From an uncultured delta proteobacterium (GTDB lineage: Bacteria; Desulfobacterota; Binatia; UBA9968), in assembly GCA_963771465.1 (NCBI GenBank), contig CAVYTU010000015.1:704001-768000 (forward strand): a stretch of 64,000 nucleotides of DNA. Direction: 5' to 3'. How positions within the stretch are numbered: position 1 is the stretch's first letter; each line of letters starts with the position of its first letter. A program made the translations under genes and the position numbers. The notes beneath the pieces were generated by a model. That model saw nothing but the letters and a program-made list of their open reading frames with translations, was not told the origin of the DNA and ran no database searches. Positions 1 to 10,600 of this stretch are shown in pieces.

Positions 1-294
1 CCGGATGTCGTCGAGGAGTGGAAGTGGATGGGCACTCCGGTCTGGTCGCACGACGGGATCATCTGCACTGGCGAATCCTACAAGAATGTCGTGAAGCTTA
101 CGTTTGCCAAGGGCGCGTCTCTGAAGGATCCGGCCCGTCTCTTCAACTCGAGTCTCGACGGAAACGTACGCCGCGCGATCGACATCCACGAAGGAGAAGA
201 AGTTCACGAGTCCGCCTTCAAGGCGCTCGTTCGCCAAGCGGTCGCCTTTAACAGTACTGGCAAGTCGAAACCTTCGAAGAAAGCGAAGTCCTAA
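1..294 (+). CDS. DUF1801 (YdhG/YdeI-like) protein, 5'-partial
   Basis: Open frame from base 1: [44 protein letters not shown]...RRAIDIHEG, typical DUF1801 text. Confidence 0.85.
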   Translation, partial: PDVVEEWKWMGTPVWSHDGIICTGESYKNVVKLTFAKGASLKDPARLFNSSLDGNVRRAIDIHEGEEVHESAFKALVRQAVAFNSTGKSKPSKKAKS

Positions 295-477
295 GGGATT
301 CCGCCCCTGAACAGGTCCGACATCGGGCGAGTTCTGTGAAACTCAGGCAATTGCCGTATAATTCAGGCGCTAGGCAGACGCCAGATGCTCCTCATATCGC
401 GCGAGATCACAGCAGAAATTGAGTCACTTCTCGGAATGAAAAAATTTGTCGATATTAATATCGCAAAAGGCAGATCG

Positions 478-494
478 GTATATCATAGTTAGGC
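478..494 (+). mobile_element. Integron-type recombination core site (GTTRRRY), attI-like context
   Basis: GTATATCATA-GTTAGGC; GTTAGGC at 488-494 is the exact complement of GCCTAAC at 906-912 that closes the next gene. Confidence 0.5.
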
Positions 495-528
495 GAGCCC
501 ATTGGGCTTGGTCTGAAGGAGGCTACAA

Positions 529-911
529 ATGGCTGATTTGACGCGTCGCTCCCTGCTGATTCAGTTGGGTGCAGCAGCAGTAGTGGTTGGCACGACCTCC
601 CGCGTATTGGCGCAACAGCAAGATGGCTTGATTCGCGGGGCGGTCAGGAAGTTCCACTCGATGATCCCGGGTTCGCGAATATCACTGTAAACGAGGTGAC
701 ATATCAACCTGGCGCGAAGACGAGCAGAGCTATGCCGAACTCGATGATATGTGAGTGTACGACAGGCGCGCTCGAGGTGTCACAGGACGCCATGACCACA
801 ACGATGAACAAAGGCGACATGTGGACCTGCCACAAGGGAATGGTGGAGACGGTAGTAAACAAGGGAACGATGCCCGCCATCATGCGGTTGATCCAGTTGC
901 TGCCTGCCTAA
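529..911 (+). CDS. Tat-exported cupin-like small protein with one frameshift (~670); probable integron cassette gene
   Basis: AGGAGG RBS at 517-522, ATG 529, MADLTRRSLL twin-arginine signal; adding one base near 670 joins MIPG to FANITVNEVTYQPGAK...MICECTTG...KGDMWTC...IMRLIQLLPA*. Confidence 0.65.
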
Positions 912-930
912 CAGCGCGGTCGAGAGGGAC
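906..930 (+). mobile_element. Left half of an attC site (truncated)
   Basis: GCCTAAC (R'', contains the stop codon)-AGCGC-GGTCGAGA (L'')-GGGAC; no right arm with GTTRRRY follows. Confidence 0.6.
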
Positions 931-934
931 CATC

Positions 935-1060
935 GTGTCGATCCCCGAGCCCGCAAGTGCTCTACTTCTACTTTTCGGCTTGACGTTCGTCCGTGGAGTT
1001 CGGAGTCGTGGCCAAGATGAACCGAAAGAACTCAGCGCGCGGCGACTAACAAACTTTTGA
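935..1060 (+). pseudogene. Orphan PEP-CTERM sorting-signal fragment
   Basis: VSIPEPASALLLLFGLTFVRGVRSR = PEP + hydrophobic helix + basic tail, with no passenger domain. Confidence 0.6.
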
Positions 1061-1076
1061 ATTAGTTAGAAGTAAG

Positions 1077-1112
1077 AAACGGCAGCCCCTCATGGGGCCG
1101 CTGTTTTTGTTT
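1077..1112 (+). terminator. Probable intrinsic terminator
   Basis: AAACGGCAGCCCC-TCAT-GGGGCCGCTGTTT followed by TTGTTT. Confidence 0.6.
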
Positions 1113-1576
1113 CCGCGCACTTGCAGACAGTCCTTGTCCCGATATCCATCAATTCTCCCTACCACTGGTAAATTAATCGGCTGTCACAAATTTAAATAGT
1201 CATGTTATCAAAGTCAGACCCCGGGCGCCGTCCCTGACGATCTCGAAAATTCTTTCGTAAGCATGACGAGATTAGCGGGGACTAACAGGCATCTCAAGTG
1301 GAACGGCTGGCTAAACACGGCAACGCAAGCGATTAAAGTCGCTGATTGAGCTCGACGGAATTCCTGATCCTGTCGCCCAATTGGGACGAATGAAATTCCC
1401 AAAAGTCTGCAAGACTTTCTCTTCCATAATTCAGTTTTTGCACGTGCGAAAGTTAGAGTTATCTAGCATTTACATTTTGGTACGGTGATTGCGTTTAATA
1501 GAAACGGCGGGACGACGACCAGCCCGACGAAAGCAATAGCATAGCATAGCATGGACTTTCTAAACCGGAAATTTTG

Positions 1577-1726
1577 ATGAAACTCGCTGCCTCCACCTTT
1601 CTCCTTTCCCTCGGCGCAGGCTTGCTGCTCATGGCAGTGCAAGACCCGCTGATGGGGCTAGGGTTGCTGGCTTGGACGGTGGGTGTCAATCATTTAGGGA
1701 AACGCATCTTGGAGGAATATCGCTAA
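1577..1726 (+). CDS. Possible 49-aa hydrophobic small protein
   Basis: MKLAASTFLLSLGAGLLLMAVQDPLMGLGLLAWTVGVNHLGKRILEEYR*, read from sequence; no clear RBS. Confidence 0.3.
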   Translation: MKLAASTFLLSLGAGLLLMAVQDPLMGLGLLAWTVGVNHLGKRILEEYR

Positions 1727-1736
1727 ACGGTGCCTG

Positions 1737-1823
1737 ATGACCATGCCATTCCGTCAAATACTTCGCTGGCTCATCATAGCGATCATTGCCGTCGTTCTCT
1801 GGGCCGCCTACATATATCTCTAA
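1737..1823 (+). CDS. Possible 28-aa single-TM small protein
   Basis: MTMPFRQILRWLIIAIIAVVLWAAYIYL*. Confidence 0.3.
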   Translation: MTMPFRQILRWLIIAIIAVVLWAAYIYL

Positions 1824-1932
1824 CAGCAGCCATTGATAGTTGACTATTCGGTAAAGCATGGCTTGTAACGTGGCAATCCAACGCACTGATCCCCTTGAAA
1901 ACTACCCTGCGTAATGGATTTTTACACAAGGA

Positions 1933-2220
1933 ATGCCAGGTGATATGAATCTACAAATCGTTGGTCTCCAGACTCACGCGGACGAGAGCCCTCTAGCTTT
2001 TACGGTCATGTTCGATGACTTGGACCGCGGCCGTCGCATGGTCGCAACAGTCTCAGAAGCCGCTCTTCGCGACTCCGTCGCGCATCCGGATTGTGAAGCA
2101 ATTGATGTCGAGCCTATGGCCCGCGGGACGGTTAACTATGAGAAATACGAGACTGAGGCTGTAGTTCGGGTCATCAAGAAATTTATCCGGGACAAAGCGA
2201 ACCGGGAAAACCCAGAGTAG
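1933..2220 (+). CDS. Hypothetical protein
   Basis: 95-aa ORF with AAGGA just upstream and plausible composition; no family recognised. Confidence 0.5.
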   Translation: MPGDMNLQIVGLQTHADESPLAFTVMFDDLDRGRRMVATVSEAALRDSVAHPDCEAIDVEPMARGTVNYEKYETEAVVRVIKKFIRDKANRENPE

Positions 2221-2298
2221 TTCATAACTTTACTCATTTGATTCGCGGAATTCCCACCGCTCTGGTAGCCTTTCAAGCTCGCCTGTGAGACGGGCACA

Positions 2299-2826
2299 TA
2301 GAGCTCGACGGGATGGTTAGCGCGGCGATACGGCGGGTCGATATTCCGGCCGCGGCGGCCAATCCTGGTCGCGGGTATTCCCAATTCGCTATAAACGTTG
2401 TGTCTGTCCAGTGGGCGCGGTCGGGCTGCGGCGCCCCCGTTGATGATCTCAGCGAGGCGAAAGTGTTTTGTGACGATAAACCGTAAATACTTGTTTATTG
2501 GTTTTATAGATATGTTGTAATTTAAATTGTCATTGTCGAGCGAAACTTGGCGATTTACAGTAGCAATAATGACGATAGCACGACGCGCGTCGACACAAAT
2601 TTCCGATGCGCAACTACCCTGCGGAATAGGAAACTAGATGGCTAATGAAGACCCAATTGCGGCGGCGGCGCTGATCGTCGCCGGGCTGAAGAAGGCAGGC
2701 ATCGATTTTGTCGCGACTCTGCCGGATGAAAAAATGCTCGAAGTGATTCGTGAGGTGGAGAAAAACCGAGAACTCAAACATGTGCCGCTTTGCCGCGAAG
2801 TAGAAGGCCTCGGCATCTGTGCCGGC
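2299..2826 (+). repeat. Direct repeat copy 1 (M20 remnant + promoter + comD 5' end)
   Basis: Aligns by eye with 4281-4809; nearly identical over the comD part, looser upstream. Confidence 0.9.
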
Positions 2827-2853
2827 ATCAGAAAATTGGCAATCCGGTACTAA
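2638..2853 (+). pseudogene. Truncated duplicate of the comD-like gene
   Basis: First ~63 aa almost identical to 4621-5133, then unrelated sequence and an early stop. Confidence 0.85.
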
Positions 2854-3068
2854 TCGCAGCTCTGGATCGGGAGCGGCCTCACAATCTCAACACATAGCAG
2901 GAACAAATCGCGCGCTTTTGCATCCGAACCAGGTGATCAAAATCGCGACTGCGAAAAACTCGCGCGATTGACAGTTCGCCGGTGCGGCGATATGGGTCGC
3001 CCAGCAAAAAAGAGTGTCTAAATTTCCGAGTTGAACCCAAAGCAGAACTATCTCTGGAGAGATCATGT

Positions 3069-4151
3069 ATGAGTTCGTCGAAGGGTGAACGACGGAGTCT
3101 TCAACAAACTCTGAGAGCTTGGTTATTTCTGTCCGTGCTCGCCATAGTCTGTGTTTCCCTCACGACCTCGGTGGTAGCTCAGACCCCATTCTACCATGGC
3201 AAGACGATCACGATGGTTTTTGGCTTTGCTCCCGGCGGAACCGGAGACATGCGCGGTCGCGCGGTCACGGCCGGACTCAAAAAACACATTCCAGGTAGCC
3301 CGGATGTTGTCGTCGACTACCGCCAAGGAGCAGGTGCGCGAGCGGCGGCGAATCAAGTTTACACCAGAGCCCAACCTGATGGACTTACGATCGGGGTCAT
3401 GGGCAGCAACCTCATTCCGGCGGCCATTCTCGGGGAAAGTGGCGTGCTCTACGATATTGATAAGTTTATTTATCTAGGAACCCCTTACAGCGGCCATGCT
3501 CATATCTTCCTGACACGCAAGGGCGCCGGGCTCCGTAATTTGGAAAATCTCCGGGCCGCGAAGGGCGTCCGCGTCGGCGCCCAGGCAGTCGGCCACACGA
3601 TATACTACACCGGTCGGATGTTTGCCTTCCTCATGGGTATGAATGAGCCCAAATTCGTTGTGGGTTATACGGGACAGGAGCTCGACGTCGCTATTCGTAA
3701 CGGCGAAATCGATGCCCGAACCAATCACTGGGAAACGCCAATACGGCAGAAGATGTTCGACGAAAATCTTCTCGACGTCCATGCTCTTACCGAGATACCC
3801 AAAGGAACCAAGCCTCATTCCATTTACAGTCATGTGCCTGATCTCGAGACCTTTGCCCGGTCGGAGAGAGAGCGCAAACTCGTTTCTCTTCACCGAGCGT
3901 TCCAGGCTGGCGGAAGTCCTTACGTGCTTCCGCCCGGCGTGCCTAAGGAGCGCGTGCAGATTCTGCGCGAGGCGATGCGAAAGACGTTTTCTGATCCGGA
4001 ATTTATCGCGGAGTACAAGAAGACGGGCGACGATTCCAGTTCTTTACCTGGGGAGGCGCTTGAAAAAATTATCAAGGATCTGCCGCGGGAGCGTGAGGTC
4101 ATCGATCTCTTCAAAAAGCTGTTCGGTCCCGATCCATTGCCGCCGCGGTAA
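3069..4151 (+). CDS. Bug/TctC tripartite tricarboxylate transporter substrate-binding protein
   Basis: Signal peptide, AQTPFYHGKTIT...PGGTGD, PDGLTIG, PPGVPKERVQILREA; GGAGA RBS before ATG 3069. Confidence 0.9.
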   Translation: MSSSKGERRSLQQTLRAWLFLSVLAIVCVSLTTSVVAQTPFYHGKTITMVFGFAPGGTGDMRGRAVTAGLKKHIPGSPDVVVDYRQGAGARAAANQVYTRAQPDGLTIGVMGSNLIPAAILGESGVLYDIDKFIYLGTPYSGHAHIFLTRKGAGLRNLENLRAAKGVRVGAQAVGHTIYYTGRMFAFLMGMNEPKFVVGYTGQELDVAIRNGEIDARTNHWETPIRQKMFDENLLDVHALTEIPKGTKPHSIYSHVPDLETFARSERERKLVSLHRAFQAGGSPYVLPPGVPKERVQILREAMRKTFSDPEFIAEYKKTGDDSSSLPGEALEKIIKDLPREREVIDLFKKLFGPDPLPPR

Positions 4152-4231
4152 AGAATTTGAGTCGGCGAACCGGAACGGCAATAAAGTTTCGGTGATATTG
4201 CATCGATAAATTACTGGCGCAAAAACCGCTG

Positions 4232-4432
4232 CTGTAATCTAACTTCTCCCCCGTGCAGATAGCCAACACGATCAGCGCGTAGAGCTTCGCCGCGCTGACC
4301 ATCACGTCGATACGTGTCTCCTGATGACGCGGGTCCATACTCCGGTCGCGGCGGCCGATCTTGATCGCGGGTATTCCCAATTCATTATCAGCGTTGGTGT
4401 CTGTCTAGATGTGGGCACGGTCGGGCTGCGGC
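4232..4432 (-). pseudogene. C-terminal remnant of an M20-family metallohydrolase (a second, more decayed remnant lies at ~2299-2430)
   Basis: PDRAHI*TDTNADNELGIPAIKIG...DVMVSAAKLYALIVLAIC resembles M20 C-termini; contains an in-frame stop. Confidence 0.45.
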
Positions 4433-4809
4433 GCGCTTTTGTGATGCAAAACCTCAAAAGCAGTGTTGTTCGTTTTATAAATATGAGCGCAATCTAATTC
4501 TTTATTGTCGAACGAAACTTGACAAGCTTGGGCGATTCACAGTAGCGATAATGACGATAGCACGACGTGCGTCGACACGAATTTCCGGATGCGAAACTTC
4601 CCTGCGGAATAGGAAACCAGATGGCTAATGAAGACCCAATTGCGGCGGCGGCGCTAATCGTCGCCGGGCTGAAGAAGGCAGGCATCGATTTTGTCGCGAC
4701 TCTGCCGGATGAAAAAATGCTCGAAGTGATTCGTGCGGTGGAGAAAGACCGAGAACTCAAACATGTGCCGCTTTGCCGCGAAGAAGAAGGCATCGGCATC
4801 TGTGCCGGC
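4281..4809 (+). repeat. Direct repeat copy 2
   Basis: Matches 2299-2826; retains TTGACA at 4519-4524. Confidence 0.9.
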
Positions 4810-5133
4810 GCGTATCTCGCCGGCAAGAAGACTGCGATCTTCATGCAAAATGCCGGCTTTTTGAATAGCTGCAACGCCCTCACCACGACGTCGTTACAGT
4901 TGCAGATTCCGATCCTCATGCTGATCTACTACGCCGGCGACATCGGCGACCGCGGTTTTACCACCCTCGGGGCGGTGACCGAACCGGTGCTGCATGCGCT
5001 GGGGTTTCGGAGTTACGTCCTGCGCAAGCAAGAGGAGATCGATGAAACTTTGCGCGGCGCACAGATATTGGCCGACGATTCGAAAAAGCCAGTGGCCGTG
5101 TTGCTCACTAAGAGCGTGCTGGGAGTCAACTAA
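4621..5133 (+). CDS. Sulfopyruvate/phosphonopyruvate decarboxylase-like, alpha subunit (TPP enzyme, PYR domain)
   Basis: GIDFVATLPD, PLCREEEGIGICAGAYLAGKK, MQNAGFLNSCNAL, IPILMLI = ComD-like. Confidence 0.85.
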   Translation: MANEDPIAAAALIVAGLKKAGIDFVATLPDEKMLEVIRAVEKDRELKHVPLCREEEGIGICAGAYLAGKKTAIFMQNAGFLNSCNALTTTSLQLQIPILMLIYYAGDIGDRGFTTLGAVTEPVLHALGFRSYVLRKQEEIDETLRGAQILADDSKKPVAVLLTKSVLGVN

Positions 5134-5732
5134 TGCAGCGCTATGATTATCTGAAACGGATCGCCGCGGACGCCAAGGACGCGCTGTGCGTTTCCACCGG
5201 ATGGGGCTCGCGAGAATGGTGGGCTGTGCGGCCAAGCGATGGCAATTTGAAAACCCGCACCTTGGGATTAGTCTCATCGATCGCCGCCGGACTGGCGATC
5301 GCGTTACCGCGCCGCAAAGTGATTGCCATAGACGGCGACGGGGCGTTTTTGATGAATCTTTGCGGCCTGCCAACCATCGCGCAGCAAAATCCGGGAAATC
5401 TTATTCACCTACTTTTCGATAATGAAATCTACGAAGCTTCCGGCGGCACGGCGACGGCGTCGCGCAACTCCGACGCCGTCGCCATCGCTAAAGGCGCCGG
5501 CTACAAGCGCGCGCTGTGGGTCAGGTCGCCGGAAGAATTTCGCGGCGCTTTTGTCAAAGCTTGGGAAGAGAACGAACTCACGTTGATTGCGGTCAAAGTC
5601 GATCCCGGCCAACCGGAAGATTTGCCACCGCTCAAGCTCGACGAGATCGAGAATAAATATCGCTTTATGCGCTATCTTGAAGCGACCGAGAAAAAGGGCA
5701 TCTTGAATCCGGGATTCGATTCGAAGCTGTGA
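5133..5732 (+). CDS. Sulfopyruvate/phosphonopyruvate decarboxylase-like, beta subunit
   Basis: TPP motif IDGDGAFLMN...DNEIYEASGG; TAATG overlap with the alpha gene. Confidence 0.85.
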   Translation: MQRYDYLKRIAADAKDALCVSTGWGSREWWAVRPSDGNLKTRTLGLVSSIAAGLAIALPRRKVIAIDGDGAFLMNLCGLPTIAQQNPGNLIHLLFDNEIYEASGGTATASRNSDAVAIAKGAGYKRALWVRSPEEFRGAFVKAWEENELTLIAVKVDPGQPEDLPPLKLDEIENKYRFMRYLEATEKKGILNPGFDSKL

Positions 5733-5754
5733 CGCACGGCTACTGGCCGCCAGA

Positions 5755-6780
5755 CTAGGTGCCAGTCTTCTTTGCCGCCGCATTCGCTTCTGCGGCGCGG
5801 GCTTTTTTCGACGCTCGCGAGATCCGCGCCAATTCGGCGCGCGACATCGTGCCATTGCGGTTGGGCAGCCCGAGCCAATTCCACTGATCTGGATAACGGC
5901 GAATTGCCGCTTCGAGACAGGCGGTGTACAACGCGGTGGTCGCGACCACGCTGTCTTCCAGTTCGTCCCGTTCAACCGCCGGGATCGGCGCGCCCACCGA
6001 CAACAGTATGGAGTCGTCGGGTTGCACGGTCGCAAACATTGGCAAGGTCACCGCGCCTGTGCGTATCGCCATGGTGGCCGGTCCACGCGGCGCCGGTAAC
6101 TTCATACCGAAAAAATCAACCATCACGTCCCCGGACTTAAACTCATCGGCGACGATCAAGACGATGCGATTTTCGCGCAGCGCCTTTAGGATACCGCGCA
6201 CGGCTTCGCGCCGCGGCTTGGCGGGAATGGTATGGAGCCCCAACCGGCTGCGAAAATCGTCGGTTAAGCGCGCGAAGCGTTCATCGCCAGGATGCTTGAC
6301 CACGACGCTGAAAGGATACCCCGACGCCACCAAACGCGCGCCGATCATGGTAAACCGGCCCAGGTGCGCGCTTATTCCCACCACTCCCTTGCCCAAAGCT
6401 AATGCCCGGCGCAGATGTTCTTCGCCTTCGAATTTGACTCTATCGATGATGTCCCGTTTGGAATAGTGCATCACTGCCGCGGTATCGAGCACGCCAAGAG
6501 CAAAGTTGAGCCAGGCACGCTTCACGAGAGCTTTTCGGTCCTCGGCGCGAGGAATTTCCTTGCCTAAGGCGGCCGCTAAATTATCTTCCATCCGCTGCCG
6601 ATAGCCGCGCGAGACGGCGTAGGTCGCCCAAGCAATAAACGGAGCAAATAGCCCGACCAGACGAAATGGGAGATAGGGCAGTAACGCGATAACGCCGCGC
6701 AGGGAGTATTCGCCGATGCGATAACGCAGAACGTACAGCTGGGAGCGAGTTTTAACTCGACTGGGCGACCTTGCCATCAT
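5755..6780 (-). CDS. Lipid A lauroyl/palmitoleoyl acyltransferase family (LpxL/HtrB-like)
   Basis: EGEEHLRRALALGKGVVGISAHLG, VDFFG, LEAAIRRYPDQWNW. Confidence 0.85.
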   Translation of the reverse strand: MMARSPSRVKTRSQLYVLRYRIGEYSLRGVIALLPYLPFRLVGLFAPFIAWATYAVSRGYRQRMEDNLAAALGKEIPRAEDRKALVKRAWLNFALGVLDTAAVMHYSKRDIIDRVKFEGEEHLRRALALGKGVVGISAHLGRFTMIGARLVASGYPFSVVVKHPGDERFARLTDDFRSRLGLHTIPAKPRREAVRGILKALRENRIVLIVADEFKSGDVMVDFFGMKLPAPRGPATMAIRTGAVTLPMFATVQPDDSILLSVGAPIPAVERDELEDSVVATTALYTACLEAAIRRYPDQWNWLGLPNRNGTMSRAELARISRASKKARAAEANAAAKKTGT

Positions 6781-6898
6781 TTATTATGGAGTCGTTTGGC
6801 GCGATTTTCAAGCAAAGACTATGGCACGGCAAATAAAGCGGCGGTAACGAGTCGAACTCATCAGCGCGCCGAGCGACGGGTAGAACGTCGTGATTGAC

Positions 6899-7354
6899 CT
6901 AGCGGCTAGCGGCTCGCTTTAACCGTTGCGCCGAGCGACGGGACATCGAGACGCCTCGCCGCTGCTTCTTCGGCCGTGGAGTCAGTTGGTAAACCTTGGC
7001 TTTGACGTGTGCCTCCAAAGCGCTCTGCTTCCATTCGGCTAAACCGCGGCGCAGATAATTGGGATCGAATGCTAAGATTTCGCACACGCTATTGAAGGAA
7101 AAAATGCCGTCGCTTTCGTCCAATACCCAAGTTTCGGCTTCACGGAAAAACGTTTTCCCTTTGCCGTCGCGGGCGAATAAGTATTTCTGAAAGCAGGCGA
7201 TACCGTCTTCCAAGATCGCCAGCATTAGCTTCTTCTCAGGCTCGAGATGCTGCTTGCGCCGAAACGTGTCCAGATACTGCTCCGGCAGCAGCGTGTCGGG
7301 CTGGAACAGCGATGTCACGCGTTCTTCCATATTCAGTCCACTATCGTAACTCAT
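6899..7354 (-). CDS. Conserved hypothetical protein
   Basis: GGAGG RBS; SLFQPDTLLPEQY...EPEKKLMLAILEDGIACFQKY...FSFNSVCEIL; basic C-terminal tail. Confidence 0.75.
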   Translation of the reverse strand: MSYDSGLNMEERVTSLFQPDTLLPEQYLDTFRRKQHLEPEKKLMLAILEDGIACFQKYLFARDGKGKTFFREAETWVLDESDGIFSFNSVCEILAFDPNYLRRGLAEWKQSALEAHVKAKVYQLTPRPKKQRRGVSMSRRSAQRLKRAASR

Positions 7355-7416
7355 TTACCACCTCCCGTTGGGTTGCGGCTTGAGACCGGGGACCCGCTCG
7401 ATGCTGATCAACCCAG

Positions 7417-7872
7417 TTAAGCCGCACTCGAAAGAGAAGAGGAGCTTATCAGCTCGTGGCACGGCGTTCGCTGCAACGCAGCGATGGTCGTGCGGCTCAA
7501 TACCTCCGTAATATTACGCTGCACTTCGCTCCAAACACCGATCATGGTGCAACGCGGCATCTGATCGCAGCCCAATTCATGATCCAAGCACGCGTTGACT
7601 GCGATCGGTCCTTCGATCGCCTCAATAACGTCGCAAAAGGATATCGCCTCGGCGGAACGCGCCAAAGTATAACCGCCGGTAGAACCGCGCTTCGATTTTA
7701 CTAGCCCGGCGCGGATCAAGTCTTGAATAATTTTTTCCAAAAACTTTTTCGGCACGCCTTGCTGCTTGGCAATTTGCGCACTCGAGCAGCATTTGTCAGG
7801 CTCTTGAGCGGCGAGATAAATAACTGCTCGTAAACCATAATCGACTCGCCGCGGTATCTGCATGAGCCCCAT
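7417..7872 (-). CDS. Rrf2-family transcriptional regulator (IscR-like, 3 Cys)
   Basis: DYGLRAVIYLA, KFLEKIIQDLIRAGLVKSKRGSTGGYTLAR, C-x6-C-x5-C. Confidence 0.92.
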   Translation of the reverse strand: MGLMQIPRRVDYGLRAVIYLAAQEPDKCCSSAQIAKQQGVPKKFLEKIIQDLIRAGLVKSKRGSTGGYTLARSAEAISFCDVIEAIEGPIAVNACLDHELGCDQMPRCTMIGVWSEVQRNITEVLSRTTIAALQRTPCHELISSSSLSSAA

Positions 7873-7875
7873 GCG

Positions 7876-9096
7876 CTACCCCCTAATTCCCGTCGGACCG
7901 CCGGCACCCCTCGCTTGGGCTGGGGGCCGCTGCGGGCTGCCTAACTGACCCAAAGCCGAAAGTCCCTGCAACCGTTGGACGATCGACGGCATGATTTCGT
8001 TGACATAGGTAATTTCAGCGTCGGTGTTGAATCGGCTCAAACTGAATCGCACCGCGCCTTGCAGCCAATCGGCGGGCACACCCATGGCGCGCAGCACGTG
8101 CGACGGTTCGGAAGATCCCGCCGTGCAGGCTGAGCCGGTGGACGCGCAGATACCGTGCTGATCTAAGAGCACGAGGATCGACTCGCCTTCCAGGTAACGA
8201 AAGCTGATATTCAAAGTATTCGACAGGCGATTTTCGCCGCCGCCGTTCACCCGGCTCTCCGGACATGACCGGAGGAGCAACGATTCGAGCCGATCGCGCA
8301 ATTGCTTGACGTAAGTGCCGTCCACGGCAACACGCGGCATTGCGATCTCCGCCGCCTTGCCCATGCCGATGATACTGGCGACGTTTTCCGTGCCGGCGCG
8401 CCGGTTACGCTCCTGATGGCCACCGATCATAAACGGCGGGAAGGTAATGCCGCGGCGCACGTACAAAGCCCCGACTCCCTTGGGCGCGTGAAATTTATGG
8501 CCAGAGATCGTCAATAGATCGACCGGCAGCTCGCTGACCTGGAGCGGAATCTTGCCCGCCGCTTGCACCGCGTCGACGTGAAAAGGAATCTTTTTAGCGC
8601 GCGTCATGGCGCCGATCTTTTCAATCGGAAAAATCACCCCGGTCTCGTTGTTGGCCCAGAGGATCGACACCACGGCGGTATCATCGGTCAAGGCGCTACG
8701 AAGCTCGTCCAGATCGAGCGCGCCGTCTCGGTTAACGTTGAGCCAAGTGACCCGGTAGCCTTTTTTTTCTAAATGCTGGCACAAACCGAGCACGGCGGAA
8801 TGCTCTACTTTGGTCGTGACGATATGGCGTTTGTCCGGGCGCGCTTCGAGCATGCCGCGGATCGCCGCGTTGTCGCCTTCCGTGCCGCAGCTCGTAAAGA
8901 TCACTTCGATCGGATCGGCCGCGCCGATCAACGCCGCCACTTGAGCGCGGGCATCAGCAACCTTCTGCCCCACGGCGCTGCCGAAACGATGAATGCTCGA
9001 CGGATTGCCGTAGTGCTCGGTGTAAAACGGCAGCATCGCTGCGGCCACCTCCGGCAACACCTTCGTGGTCGCGTTATTATCGAAGTAAACGTCCAT
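7876..9096 (-). CDS. nifS: Cysteine desulfurase, NifS type
   Basis: YFDNNATT, YGNPSSIH, WANNETG, SGHKFHAPKG, STGSACTAGSSEPSHVL. Confidence 0.9.
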   Translation of the reverse strand: MDVYFDNNATTKVLPEVAAAMLPFYTEHYGNPSSIHRFGSAVGQKVADARAQVAALIGAADPIEVIFTSCGTEGDNAAIRGMLEARPDKRHIVTTKVEHSAVLGLCQHLEKKGYRVTWLNVNRDGALDLDELRSALTDDTAVVSILWANNETGVIFPIEKIGAMTRAKKIPFHVDAVQAAGKIPLQVSELPVDLLTISGHKFHAPKGVGALYVRRGITFPPFMIGGHQERNRRAGTENVASIIGMGKAAEIAMPRVAVDGTYVKQLRDRLESLLLRSCPESRVNGGGENRLSNTLNISFRYLEGESILVLLDQHGICASTGSACTAGSSEPSHVLRAMGVPADWLQGAVRFSLSRFNTDAEITYVNEIMPSIVQRLQGLSALGQLGSPQRPPAQARGAGGPTGIRG

Positions 9097-9125
9097 GCGA
9101 TTCACCCAAGCTTTCGGCAAACCTA

Positions 9126-10580
<1,455 letters not shown>

Positions 10581-10600
10581 ATAGTTAATCCTTCACTCGT

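Noticed and set aside
1081-1093. GGCAGCCCCTCA as the displaced right arm of the attC at 906
   Set aside because: No GTTRRRY follows, and it is explained as one arm of a terminator hairpin.
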